DNA of 64,000 nucleotides from Octopus vulgaris. Its lineage: Eukaryota. Both the position numbers and the translations under genes were made by a program. Below the pieces are notes generated by a model, which searched no databases, had not been told where the DNA came from, and was given only the letters and a program-made list of their open reading frames with translations. This document shows, one piece after another, positions 39,479 to 52,755 of the stretch; position 1 is the first letter of the stretch, and every line of letters starts with the position of its first letter. The stretch is from the NCBI GenBank assembly GCA_951406725.2, contig OX597832.1:22630001-22694000 (forward strand), written 5' to 3'.

Positions 39479-39950
39479 CATTATTATTATTATTACCATT
39501 GTTATTATTATTATTATTGAATGAGAGGGCAGTGCATGCCATCAAAGTGACACTGGGCTAAAATATACGAAGCCCAGTATACCCATCATGACTACCCGTC
39601 TGATAAGGGTACACCAGGCACATGCATCACAACCATCTGTGCGCGACATGGTGATCTCATATCAAGATAAACAGCACATGACAATGCAGGTGGGGCCCAG
39701 CTGGAATTTTCTTCTGGTCGAGTAGCCTATCCCGCTCAAAAGGTCCCTGAATAAGGGTTGTTTAAGGATGTTGAACGAAACAGCCATGTTTCCAGAGGTG
39801 AATTATTAAAACCCCAAAGAATCCCTCTCAACACATGGCTATGATACTCCCCAGCTACTTCTGCACGTGATCCGAGATGCACATATCGTGATTAGAGATA
39901 CACATATCGTCAGCCACTAAGGGTCAACTGGTTAACGTCAAACAACTGAC
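39310..39950 (-). mobile_element. ~430-bp non-coding retroposon with a long (TAA)n tail; 3' fragment also at 12108-12224
   Basis: Both copies read GA.TGAGA..GCA..GCATGCCAT.AAA.TGA.ACTGGG.TAAAATATA.GAAGCCCA.TATACCCATCAT directly after (TAT)n. Confidence 0.75.
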
Positions 39951-40459
39951 ATGCAGTTATTATTAATAAGTCGGCGAGCTGGCGGAATTGTTAGCACGCC
40001 CGGCAAAATGCATAGCGTAATTTCGCCCGTCGCTACGCTCTGAGTTCAAATTCCACCGAGGTCGACTTTGCCTTTCATCCTTTCCAGGTCCAAAAATTAT
40101 GTAGCAATGAAATACCGGATTCAATGTAATCGACTTTTCCCTTCCTCAAAATGGGTGCTCCCGTGAAAAAGTCTGAAACCGTTATATTTTGCTCCTTAAG
40201 ATACATAGGCCATTGATAAAGTTTCTCCGCCGTTAAGGCCCTCCAATGCAGAGTTTGTTGGTTTTCCATTGGTATTGATGTTTCTAAGATGCTTCTTTTA
40301 TTTCTTTTGGTTTTGTTTCTTTTTGTAGGCTAGGTTGGAAAAAATAGTCCGTATGAGTCCAGCCGTTATGATTTAGCCTGTCCGGCATGAAGCTTCCATT
40401 CTCAGAGTCATAGAGACAAACATGTCACAACACTGTGACAGGTATTAGCCCTCATGGTG

Positions 40460-40700
40460 GACTGAGTAATATCGAGGAGATTATATTGTGCCAATCTCGA
40501 AGAAAAGAAATTTAGTTACGGTAAAAGATTACAGATATCCAACACTTAGAATCAGAGTGGCAAACGCAAACGTCTACAACAAATACTTGCTGAAATATAG
40601 GCCGATAGAAGATGAAGAATGTCTGTCGAAGAAAGCCAAGCTAGTTCAAGAAAATAAATATTGTCGATAAAATATTAAGAGGTGGAAGGATTATCGGAAA
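40460..40700 (+). pseudogene. Highly decayed LINE reverse-transcriptase N-terminal fragment (RTE-like)
   Basis: IVPISKKRNL....DYR...L...A..NVYNKYLL..RP resembles 'IVPIPKKGDL....NYR.ISL....AKVYNK.LL'. Confidence 0.5.
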
Positions 40701-41058
40701 GGTCGAGCTGTCGGAACAGCTAACAGACTGAATGATTCTCAAAAGATTGCAAGACTGCTCAACGTAACAATATGCAGTAATTTATTTTTGCTTTCGGTAT
40801 CGGTACACACACATATACCAATAACACACACTAACAGACATGGAGACAGACAGACATACAGACAGACAGACATACAGACAGACATACACGCATACATATA
40901 TGTTTAACTATACATACATATGTGTAATGTGTATATGAGTATAACTACGTATGTTTGTATACACATACATCTATACATGCATAAACACAGACACTGTTAA
41001 ACACACGAATATATAAATCTCTCATTCGCCCTTTCTGTCTGTCTGTTTGTCCCTCCAT

Positions 41059-41099
<41 letters not shown>

Positions 41100-41131
41100 C
41101 ACACAAATATATATATATATATACATACATA

Positions 41132-41179
<48 letters not shown>

Positions 41180-41248
41180 TATATGTATATAGTAACATAT
41201 ATATATGTATGTATATACATATACATATGTATATATATGCACAAATAA

Positions 41249-41282
<34 letters not shown>

Positions 41283-41287
41283 TCATT

Positions 41288-41326
<39 letters not shown>

Positions 41327-41399
41327 ATATATCCACATGTTAGAGTGTTTATATAGTTATATGTATATGTTTTATATACAGGTCTATTTATACACGGCC

Positions 41400-41439
<40 letters not shown>

Positions 41440-41707
41440 ATAAACACTCAGAAACAGTGATACACAAATAACCATAATTGAAATTATTTATATTCTACGA
41501 AGACTAAGGTTACGTTACCAGAACAAAGGTAAAAGCCAATCGCTGTCGTTTTCACCGAAGGCCATCAATTTAACGTAGAACATCAACCACTTGTCTACGC
41601 CGTACGGGCACTGTCTCTGTCTGTCTGACCTCTCTCTCTACCTCTCTCTCTACCTCTCTCTCTCCCTCCCTCTTTCTCTTTCCCTCCCTCTCTCTCTCTC
41701 TCTCTGG

Positions 41708-41741
<34 letters not shown>

Positions 41742-41845
41742 CTGCGTGCGTGTGTGCATATATTTATGTATGTGTGTATGTATGTATATTTATACACATA
41801 TATATGTTGTACTACTATTCTATATACATATTATATATATATATA

Positions 41846-41899
<54 letters not shown>

Positions 41900-42524
41900 A
41901 ACATACACAAACACACACACGCACACACACACACATATATATAACATAATTCTCCTCACAGACATTCATACTTACATACGTACACCTACAGAAATACATA
42001 CACACACATATGCCCATATTTGTATGTGAGCATGTGTGTGTCCGCCTGTCTGTGTCTGTGTGCCCGCGAGCGCAGGCGTGTGTGTGGACGAGTGTGTCTG
42101 CGTGTATGTGTGTGTGTTTGTAAGTTTGTAAAATTTCCCGTAAAATTTAACAAGCTTTACAGAATAACCTCCGAAGATGCAACCTCCCAGAAAACAATGT
42201 AACTTCAAATAGAAATTGATGAGAGAATAAGATACAGACACTGAGAAGGAAAGGCAGCAGTTAGTTAAAGGTAGAAATATATATATATAAAGAAACAGAC
42301 TCTGGCCAACAGGCTGGCTGCAGACAAAGAAACACACAAAGAAACTGAGAGATAGTCTATGTGTGTATGTATGTGTGTTAAACAGGAGTAGATGAACGAG
42401 GACGGATTAAGATAAAAGTATAGAGGCTGCGTGACATAGAAAAAACTGGATTGAGTTGGACATTTCCCTGGGTGGACAATCTACATGCATATTAAACGCG
42501 TATATATATATATATATATATGCA

Positions 42525-42720
42525 TATATATAAAATCCGTTCTGTCTGTCCCTGTGTGTGTGGCTTCTAGGACCTCGGGCATCCTCCATCCGACTGCGCT
42601 CAAATTTGATATGTAGATACTGACAGTATCAGGGCGTGTATAAGTCTTGAAGCAATTACAAAAATCGATTCCAGATGACAATGCGATCGATAAAGTCGTG
42701 GGAAATCGTTTTTCTTTGGA
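42525..42720 (+). mobile_element. Possible non-autonomous Helitron-like 5' end
   Basis: TATATATAAAA...TCTGTCTGTC...CCGA.T....AAATTTG layout; no 3' CTRR hairpin found. Confidence 0.3.
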
Positions 42721-42778
42721 ATAGAAAAAAGTCTATCTTTATTTCTTCTTTTGCCGGTGTCTCAAATTTAGGTTAAAT

Positions 42779-42838
42779 CAATGTTTCTCAAAGGGGAGAC
42801 CTATGGGACGATCGGATAAGTTGTTTTGAGAAAATTTG
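42779..42838. mobile_element. 60-bp hAT-like miniature element
   Basis: CAATGTTTCTCAAA ... TTTGAGAAAATTTG with 8-bp flanks GGTTAAAT / GTTTAAAT. Confidence 0.5.
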
Positions 42839-43238
42839 GTTTAAATGTTTGACAACTCAGCAGCGTCCATTGGACGGGAGGCGTTTGTTCGTATGTATAT
42901 ATATATATATATATATATATAAGTAAGTAAGTAAATTACCCAAAAAAAGAGCTACTAACACTTGCATGGTATTATGCTACTTGAACAGGCGTATTTATAA
43001 GATACACCATGTATCTTAAAGGGATTTTTTAATGCTCTGTTTATGCGTTATATATATTCCAAAAGCAAGGTAGCTGGACAATAAGAAAACAAAAAAAAAA
43101 CATGGGAAAACGTTGAGAAGGTTGGCAAACAAAACGAAATCAAGATCTAAGATCCTCGTCCTCCTTGACTGTAAAAATCTCATTAAATCATTTAGAACAA
43201 AATAACAGAATATATCTCAAAGCCTGTGAGACAACATC

Positions 43239-43751
43239 TCAATCCGATAACAGAAACTTGGCAATCTGTTTACAACTGCTAAGAATTTCAGACCTTAAAT
43301 TAAGTAGTGTGTTGGATTTGCTGGATCGAAGAAGAACAAATTGTGTCTCTTAGATTAATTAACATATTGCTTGGATTTCTTCAATATTCTCTATCCAATA
43401 TATATGGTGTGCTGCTGATCTATAAAATTTCATATCTGGCTGGGCAATTTAGTTGCATTAATTTTATCGATGTGCCAGAAAGAATATAGGTGGTTTGCAT
43501 TACGTCTCTTGAGTTCGGCCTCACATAACCAGATATAATTCTTCGTTATAATTGATTTTTCCCGGAGCGTTGGTGAAAGTTCAGCCTTGTATATGACGGA
43601 GTTTATCATACACGTCTGGTCAAGTGGGCAATCCTCGAGGTTTCCACAGTTACAGTTGGAGATCGTCTCTTAATAATTTTTCGAGTTATAATGTACTTCA
43701 TATTGGGGCAGCAGTTGTATGATGTTTTTATTGTGCATGTGTTAAAATATT
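43239..43751 (-). pseudogene. Penelope-like element ORF C-terminus: linker plus GIY-YIG endonuclease
   Basis: FNTCTIKTSYNCCPNMK; NCNCGNLEDCPLDQTCMINSVIYKAEL; NYIWLCEAELKRRNANHLYSF.H....NATKL...I*; LLNLRSEILSSCKQIAKFLL..* (VIY/YIG motifs, decayed). Confidence 0.85.
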
Positions 43752-43923
43752 AAGGGAGAAAGGAGGGGCGAATCAAATTATTTTTCTAGACCAATTTTTT
43801 GGTCTATTTTTACTATTCATATTTTTGCTTAGAATTGTAATATATTTTATCTTTGAAGCCACTGTTAGATAGAGCATTAGTATAGTAGGGGGCTGCCTCA
43901 TCAAATATTTCTTCAGAAAATAG

Positions 43924-43961
<38 letters not shown>

Positions 43962-44240
43962 CACATACACATAAATTCACACACACACACACACATACGT
44001 ATATATACTTTTTCTACTGTAGACACAAGACACGAAATTTTGGGAGAGTGGCCAGTCGATTAGCTCGAACCAAATACGTAACTGGTACTTAATTTATCGA
44101 CCCCGAAAGGATGAAAAGCAAAGTTGATCTCAGCGGAATTTGAACTCAGAACGTGAAGATAGACGACATGCAGCTAAGCATTTCGTCCGACGTCCTAACG
44201 TTTCTGCCAGCTCACCACTTATATATATATATAGATATAT

Positions 44241-44533
44241 TGCCGGCAACCGTGGAGAATGGCGACGTACCGTAAAAGAGGGAATACAAAGGAGCGACAG
44301 AAAGAGAGAGGAGAAATGGAAAGAAAGGAAGAGACGTAAACAAGAGACTATGGCACTACAACCAGCCAGGAACAGCCTTCGCTACATTTGCGGTACCTGC
44401 CAGAGGGAGTGTTTGTCCAGGATAGGACTACACAGTCACAGCAGGAAATGTATCAGGACATGAAATATAAAAGCCGGACTAGACTACTTCATGCGCAACT
44501 CCATTGTCTCCCGAGACAGAAAGGATGCCAACC
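44241..44533 (+). pseudogene. 3' end of an RTE-type LINE with a C-terminal C2H2 finger
   Basis: AGNRGEWRRTVKEG...YICGTCQRECLSRIGLHSHSRKC, short 3' UTR with GTCTCCCGAGAC hairpin. Confidence 0.85.
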
Positions 44534-45040
44534 AATATTTAGTCAACAGATGAGGTTGAGAGATTCTCAGTATAGCAGACACTGAGCAGCGATCAAATGA
44601 TTCGAGCATTGATCCGAGGCATTCGCGTGGAAACAATTTTGCGGGTAAAAGAGCGGATATAAGTGGAATCAAAACGAGCAGATATGGAGGTAATTACATG
44701 CATCACAAAGGCTTCGGTTGCATCCTCTCGATGGGTATTACAACTTCTAAAGCATGCAGTGTGTGGAAAAGTATGTAGCAAAGCCTTAAAGGATTTACGA
44801 ATTTCCATTCAAAGTTTTTGTTTATATTATATTCCTCTTACGTGATGCCGGCACCATACTAGTAAACTTACCATAAATTTACTCTGGAAGATGGGAAAAA
44901 TAAGCAGTAGCCGGAATAAATAACATAAGAGCTTTTATGAGGGCATTCAAAAACGTTTCACACACACACACTTTATACACATATATATTTATATACATAA
45001 ATATGTATGCATATATATACATACAAATATACATACATAC

Positions 45041-45114
<74 letters not shown>

Positions 45115-45600
45115 ATATATATATATATACACGGATATTTATATGGCCGTATGAACCGTCAGTTAAAATATGAAGTCACACTTACATCTGATTAGAGGAT
45201 ATATTTATGTGCATGTGAATGTGTGTATATTTGTTTGTGAGTTTGTGTGTGTGTCTTTGTGTGTGTGTGTGTGTGTGTGTGTATACATGTGTGTGTGCGT
45301 GTGTGTGTTTGTGTGTGTGTGTGTGTGTGTGCTTTTGTGAACATTTTTTCTGACAGTCACAGGACGTCTGAATTGAATAAACAGCGTACAGTCTGTTCAT
45401 GTAATTTTTATTTATTTCGCCATAACTATTGGTTGTCATTTCGATCTGAGGTTCTGCAGTATTACAGTTCTGCGCTGTCAAATCGTTGGACGAAAGTTAA
45501 TAAAATGAATGACAGAATAAATAAATAAATAAATAAAAATATAGAACGATACAAAATTGCCGTAGGCTAATATAATAGAATTCAGTGCAGATCAAAAGAA

Positions 45601-45645
<45 letters not shown>

Positions 45646-45792
45646 GTATAATGATATAATGGTGTAGAGGCAGAGAATGAAAAAGTGTTGCTGCTTAGGG
45701 GCAGATTACCGTTTTTAAGCATATCCTCCTTTTCTCTCCTGTGGAGAATTTATGTTTCACAAAGAGGACCATATTTCTTATTGCGTATAATT

Positions 45793-45793
45793 C

Positions 45794-45850
<57 letters not shown>

Positions 45851-45851
45851 C

Positions 45852-45891
<40 letters not shown>

Positions 45892-45903
45892 CTATTATTA
45901 TTA

Positions 45904-45964
<61 letters not shown>

Positions 45965-45965
45965 C

Positions 45966-46033
<68 letters not shown>

Positions 46034-46034
46034 C

Positions 46035-46091
<57 letters not shown>

Positions 46092-46109
46092 GTTATTATT
46101 ATTATTATC

Positions 46110-46149
<40 letters not shown>

Positions 46150-46206
46150 CTATTATTATTATTGTTATTATTATTATTATCATTATTATTATTATTAATA
46201 TTATTA

Positions 46207-46247
<41 letters not shown>

Positions 46248-46251
46248 GTTA

Positions 46252-46300
<49 letters not shown>

Positions 46301-46386
46301 TGTTATTGTTATTATCATTATTATTATTATTATTATTACTGTTACTATTATTATTATTATTATTATTGTTGTTGTTGTTATTATTA
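45793..46386. repeat. ~590-bp (TAT)n array with higher-order periodicity
   Basis: Direct inspection. Confidence 0.95.
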
Positions 46387-46402
46387 TATTCTCATGGTAG
46401 CC

Positions 46403-46450
46403 GTGTATGACATCATTTCATCCTGTTTTTGGATTCTTCAGGTGAATACG
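46403..46450 (-). ncRNA. Minimal type-I hammerhead motif, stem I decayed
   Basis: CTGAAGA-atcc aaaaaca ggat-GAAA-t gat g-TC; GUC triplet. Confidence 0.6.
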
Positions 46451-46561
46451 TTTATTTATCCACCTGTCAGTCAGAGGATTACGACCGCTCTGCCACGTGA
46501 TTCCATGAATCCTTATATTACACAAGAAGATATATGAATATTTATAATTTGAACTATACAC

Positions 46562-46600
<39 letters not shown>

Positions 46601-46667
46601 CATATACATATATATGTATGGTGTAGGAACAGGTATATTATTGATATATATATATATATATATGAGC

Positions 46668-47012
46668 GTAGGCGTGGCTGTGTGGTAAGAAGCTTGCTTC
46701 CCAACCACATGATTCCGGGTTCAGTTCCACTGCGTGACACCTGTCTTCTACTATTGCCACGGGCTGACCAATGCCACGTGAGTAGATTTCGAAGACGCGT
46801 CTGTGCTTGTTCCCCATCATCGCTTGACAACAGGTGTTGGTGTGTTTACGTCTCTGTAAGTTAGTGGTTTGGCAAAAGCGATCGATACAATCCGTATCAG
46901 TCTTGAAAATGAAAGAATAAATAAGTACTAGGGTCGATTTATTCGACTAAAATTCTTGAAGGCGGAGCCGAAATATGGCCGCTCTTTCATTACTGAAACA
47001 AGTAAGAGATAA
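46668..47012 (+). mobile_element. SINE family A, diverged
   Basis: Family consensus match with deletions. Confidence 0.8.
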
Positions 47013-47036
47013 CAGATATATATATATATATATATA

Positions 47037-47213
47037 CAAAGTGCGCCCCAAAGACGGACATACACTTCAGTGTTCTTGCAATTTATTCAGTATTATAACA
47101 AATTCATAAAACATCGGCAGATGTATCTATATTTCGAGAGGTACTTATTTAAGTTATATATTTATATAGATTTTTCTTTACTTGAACTGTGTATACATTT
47201 TTGGGCGATCTGT
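47037..47213. mobile_element. Old Tc1/mariner-type MITE in (TA)n
   Basis: Imperfect TIRs TACAAAGTGCGCCC.. / ..GGGCGATCTGTGTA. Confidence 0.4.
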
Positions 47214-47220
47214 GTATATG

Positions 47221-47328
<108 letters not shown>

Positions 47329-47433
47329 GGAGTAAACACATAAATGTGAAACAAGTTGGAAAAAAGAGTACTCAAATACCAGTGGTAGAGTAATATGGCT
47401 TATTTGTTGAATTTTCTGATGCTTTAAATAAAG

Positions 47434-47467
<34 letters not shown>

Positions 47468-47565
47468 CATATATATACATATATATACATTTATGCATAT
47501 ATACATATATATACATATACATATATATATATATACACATATATAGATACACACACACACACACA

Positions 47566-47644
<79 letters not shown>

Positions 47645-47897
47645 GTACATACATATACATGCACACGCATATAATTCAATGATAAAAAATGGAATGAACT
47701 ACATTGTTTCGCTAAAATCACTAACATAATTGTTTCGGGGCATTTTTACACCTGCAGTGAGGTGTTGTGTAGCCATTAGCATGCATCCAAGGTGTAAAAT
47801 GTAGAGAGTCTAAATGAAATACAGATAGACACGGGATTATATTATAGTTCATTCGCGTGTTTCACATTTATATTTGTTTAGGGCCTTTCAATAAGTA

Positions 47898-47943
47898 TTC
47901 CAAGTACGTTTCGTTCTTTAACCACAGCGGCTCATCAGGCAAC
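47898..47943 (-). ncRNA. Degenerate hammerhead motif
   Basis: ttgc-CTGATGA-g...c-GAAAC-GTAC-tt-ggaa; palindromic GTAC loop, weak stem II. Confidence 0.4.
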
Positions 47944-48154
47944 TTTTAGATTGTATTAAGTTACAGATAACCATACCCCAAGTTAGATGGCGGCGAGGTG
48001 TTTTATAACTATTTTGGGAAGGAAAATGGAAAAAGAATGGAAGGAATTTGATGGGAAGGAAATAGACTAGGTGTGAGAAAAATAGGGAGAGTGAGAATGC
48101 GACAGAAAAGACAACTGGAAAAATGGGGACAGAAAATGGAAGAGAAAGAATAAC

Positions 48155-48425
48155 AGAAAGAAAGAAAGAAAGAAAGAATGAAAGAAAGAAAGAAGAAAGA
48201 ATAAAAGAAAGAAAGAAAGAATGAAAGAAAGAAAGAAAGAAAGAATGAAAGAATGAAAGAAAGGAAGAAAGAAAGAAAGAAAGAAAGAATGAAAGAAAGA
48301 ATGAAAGAAAGAATGAAAGAAAGAAAGAAAGAAAGGAAGAATGAAAGAAGGAAAGAAAGAAGGAAAGAAAGAAAGAAAGAAAGAAAGAAAGAAAAAGAAA
48401 GAAAGAAGGAAATAAAGAAAGAAAG
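48155..48425. repeat. (GAAA)n purine tract
   Basis: Direct inspection. Confidence 0.95.
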
Positions 48426-49079
48426 GAAATCGAAATTAGGAAGAGAGGAAAAGTGAAAAAAAAAGAGGCTGACATAAAGAACGGACAGAATAATTTAGAA
48501 TGAGAGAGAGAGAGAGAAAGAAGCAGAAAGAGATAGAGGCAGAGAGAATGTAAGAGCTATATACTTCATACATCAGTGGCGCAACATATATTTTTATTTG
48601 AACATTTAGGTCTCTGTTGCACAATATATATATCCTGCTTTTGGCATTGTGATATGAATACTCTGGTGTAGACCACAATATAAGAACGCTAAGAAAATAC
48701 GCACACAAAAAAAAAGATGAAACCTCAAGAATGCCTTTCCTCTCTCTCTCTCTCTCTCTTTCATAAGATGATAATCCATTTGAGTGTAAAAAATATAAGC
48801 AGTTAATTTCTAATACAAATAACAACCCCGTCTGCTAACATAAATGTAATATTACTCGATAAAAAAAAACAAACTTTTATCTCTCTATCAATCTATCTGT
48901 CTGTCTGTCTGTCTTAATCTCTCTAGCTATCAATTTACTTATCTTTATGTCTATTTATTTATTTATCTCCATGTCTGTCTGTTGGTTTTCTCTTGCTCTT
49001 TCTTTTTTTCTCTACAACCTTATATCTATCTATCTATCTATATATATATATATATATATATATTGGAGTTATATTTGAA

Positions 49080-49158
49080 GCTCTGATGAAAACGTAGGTT
49101 GTTACTCGGGCACTCAATTCTAAGGTCACCGCATCTTAACGTGAAAACAGCTACAAGC
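49080..49158 (+). ncRNA. Degenerate hammerhead motif downstream of (TA)n
   Basis: gct-CTGATGA-aaacgtagg...cttaacgt-GAAAAC-AGCT-aca-agc; cleavage triplet mutated. Confidence 0.45.
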
Positions 49159-49807
49159 AAATGGAGTTCAAGACGTAATACTTTATTCATTCGTTATCGC
49201 TTTTCTTATGTGTGAGTGTGTACGTGTGTGTCTGTATGCGTGTGTATATGTTTTCCCTCGTGTGCCTTTGGGGTTGTTTGTCTCCGACACTCACCAATAA
49301 GCAAGAAGTGTTGGTATGCTTACATTCCCAAATTATAGCGGTCCGGCAAAAGAGATTGATAGAATAAATACCAGTCTTAAAAATACGTAGAATTTCTGTG
49401 GATTAAACCTTCCTCAAAGTGTGTCACCCCATCCCAATCATGGCCGCTGTCTGAGGACTAAACCAAGTCAACGATAAAAGAGGGACCCCTGCATACAAAC
49501 ACGCGCATGTTTGCATAAGTGGATAAACAGGTAGGTTGTAAGGAAGGTAGGTAGGTAGGTAGGTAGGTAGGTAGGTAGGTAGGTAGGTAGGTAGGTAGGT
49601 AGGTAGGTAGGTAGGTGGGTAGGTGGGTACGTAGACAGGCAGACAGACTGACAGGCAGGTAGATAGGTAGGTAGGTAGATAGATTGATAGACAAACAGAC
49701 AGGTAGACAGACAGACAGGTAGACAGACAGACAGGTAGGTAGGTAAGTAGGCAGAGAGATGGATGCCGAAGTCGACTTTGCCTTTCATCGCTTCGGGGTC
49801 GATATAT

Positions 49808-49861
<54 letters not shown>

Positions 49862-49919
49862 GTCAATTCAAATAAACGTGTAAAATATTAATGGACAACA
49901 AGAGGACGTGCACAAGAGT

Positions 49920-49974
<55 letters not shown>

Positions 49975-49992
49975 GTACATATACGTATATAA

Positions 49993-50039
<47 letters not shown>

Positions 50040-50097
50040 TAATAATAATAATATTAATAACAATCATGATTATAATGCATACACAAACATATTCATA

Positions 50098-50156
<59 letters not shown>

Positions 50157-50852
50157 TACGGTATACCTTGTGCCGTCGGTATTACAAGCCAACCATAAAA
50201 CTGTCCAAACTGTCCAAACCTCTCACCGAAGCTGAAGAACAATCAAACACATCGGTAAGCTAAGCGAGTGGTGGGCTAGAAATATGTAACAAAAAAAAAA
50301 AAAAAAAAAAGAACCACCTGAAAATATAATCTCATAAAAGCGTATGCAATATAAGATATTCTGCTGATCTACAATAGCCAAGCCCACGAAATGTATTTGT
50401 CCTGTAGCGATTAGATAATTTGGTAAGTCATAAAAATATTCGTTATTTTCAAGTGTATTTATGTATTGTCAACGTAATCCTACGGAGAGGAAAATGGCGT
50501 CAGATTTGCTAAGCAACCGGAGTCGTTAATTGCTTGCAAAGAGTCGGCGGTGTTGATGAAGAGAACCATAAGTCTGGTGAATTGGTCGTTGGTAGTGTAT
50601 CACTGGAGCCATTTCTGTGTGGGGTGCGATTTTTAGTGTGGGGTAACAACGTAAGGAAGGTTTACTTGGTAGAAGTGACCAAGTACATGCAAGCACGCAC
50701 GCACACATACACACATACATGCCTACATATATATACATATGTATATATGGATGTATATATGTATACGTATATGTATATATGCATATGTGTGTATAAATAT
50801 ATGCATATGTTTGTATATGTATATACATACATATACATACATACATACATAC

Positions 50853-50890
<38 letters not shown>

Positions 50891-50916
50891 ATACATGCAT
50901 ACACATATATACATAC

Positions 50917-51007
<91 letters not shown>

Positions 51008-51038
51008 AATATGTATATATATGTATGTATATATGTGT

Positions 51039-51091
<53 letters not shown>

Positions 51092-52755
51092 TACATATGC
51101 ATATATATATCCATGTATATTTACATATGTGCATACAGTGGGCTTCATTCTATTTCTGTGTTCCAAATCCACTCTCAAGCCTTTCGTTGGCCTAAGGCCA
51201 TAGTAGAATGCACATGCTCAAAGAGCCAAGGAGCCACACAGTTGGACTGATCCTGGAGGTGGGTCTTCAAGAAGCAAGCTTCTTACCGCACGTTCACCTA
51301 AGTGAACGGATATTGGTTTTAGAAGTTCTCACTTTCTCAGCTTTCGGGTTTCTCAGGAAATTGGCTGGCAGTCATTTACTTGTTCTAATCATTGGACAGC
51401 AGCCACACTAGTGCGCTGTCTTAAAGTGCTGTCTTAAAGTGCTGTCTTAAAATGCGCTGTCCTAAATTGAAGCCCCAGTACTTATGTCTTTGTTATTTTA
51501 AATCGGCTCCTTTGTCTAAGTTACGGGGAGTTAAACAAAGCAACGACGGTTGCCAAGTGTTGGTGGAGATGGTGGTGGTTATAGTGATAATCACAGATTC
51601 AAAGATAGGACACACACGCGTAAACATGTATAAACCCACACATATATCTATTGTATAAATGACAGCATATGTGTGCATAAGTATATATATGCATATGTCA
51701 CCTAAAGACTCTAAAATGTTGAACCCTAAAGAAAAACGAATTCGATTTTCGAAATCCATGTCTCGCAGTCTAATGACGGAAGCAAATTAAAGGCAAAATA
51801 TATTTGTGACAGAATGACATTGCTCTCTGAAGACCGCAAACTAATAGGTATCACTATGCGTTTTTTTTTAAATACTTAAATCCAACTTCTACTTTATTTC
51901 AGCTTGGAGAGCATCCAAAAAGAAACACTTTGATAACTCATTTGCGAAAATTGGATGAATATTTTAGCAAATATTACAGTTTGAATGGTCAGCAAATTGG
52001 ACTGAATTTTGCCTAATTAGGCCTAAATGAATAATTAGCCATATTTTTGATGACATGTCATTGAAACCGAGATCATTATCATCTTCTAATTACACAGATT
52101 TAATAGCAGTTGACTGGGATAGTGATGTCCTATTTGTTTTCCAGTTCTCCAAAATGAAGCCTTGGGGTGCGGTGTGACGGGGGAGGTGGCATTTAAAAAA
52201 TATTCATGTAGAGCCTATTTTCCTACATAAAACAAACAGTCGACTTTGCTACGTGAGAGTAAGCTTACCATGTGTTTTCAAACCTAGGTAAATTTAAAAG
52301 TATAAGCCACGGGGACTTCAGTTTTGGCGCATTTGTACTAGGTGTAGGCTAAATAAATACCGAAATTTGGAGCACGATTCCATTTCAATAAAATTTTAAT
52401 GGGCTATTAAAAATGGCAGTAAACAATTAAATGTTGTTTATTTCCTCTCGCTGTTTTAACAACTTTTGGAGATCGAAGTCCGAATAAATATATAGTTTTA
52501 TGTTTAATAACGATTATCTGACCTATACCCATTGATTTTTTATTTCAAAATAAAACGAAAAAATATCCTCTCCATGTCTGTATCATTTTCAACGTAAATC
52601 GAGTTATAGCGCTCCGGGGCATTGAACTAGAACGAGCGTTACCGTTCAGCAGTCAGAAACAAATACGGAACAAATATTTTGGATGGGTAGAAATACGAGG
52701 GTGATTGGAAGGATTTAACATGGCACACAAGTTTCAGATTTTGATAAAATGTATA

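Noticed and set aside
51699-52345. Possible DNA transposon with CACCTA...TAGGTG ends
   Set aside because: Only 6 bp of terminal match and no TSD
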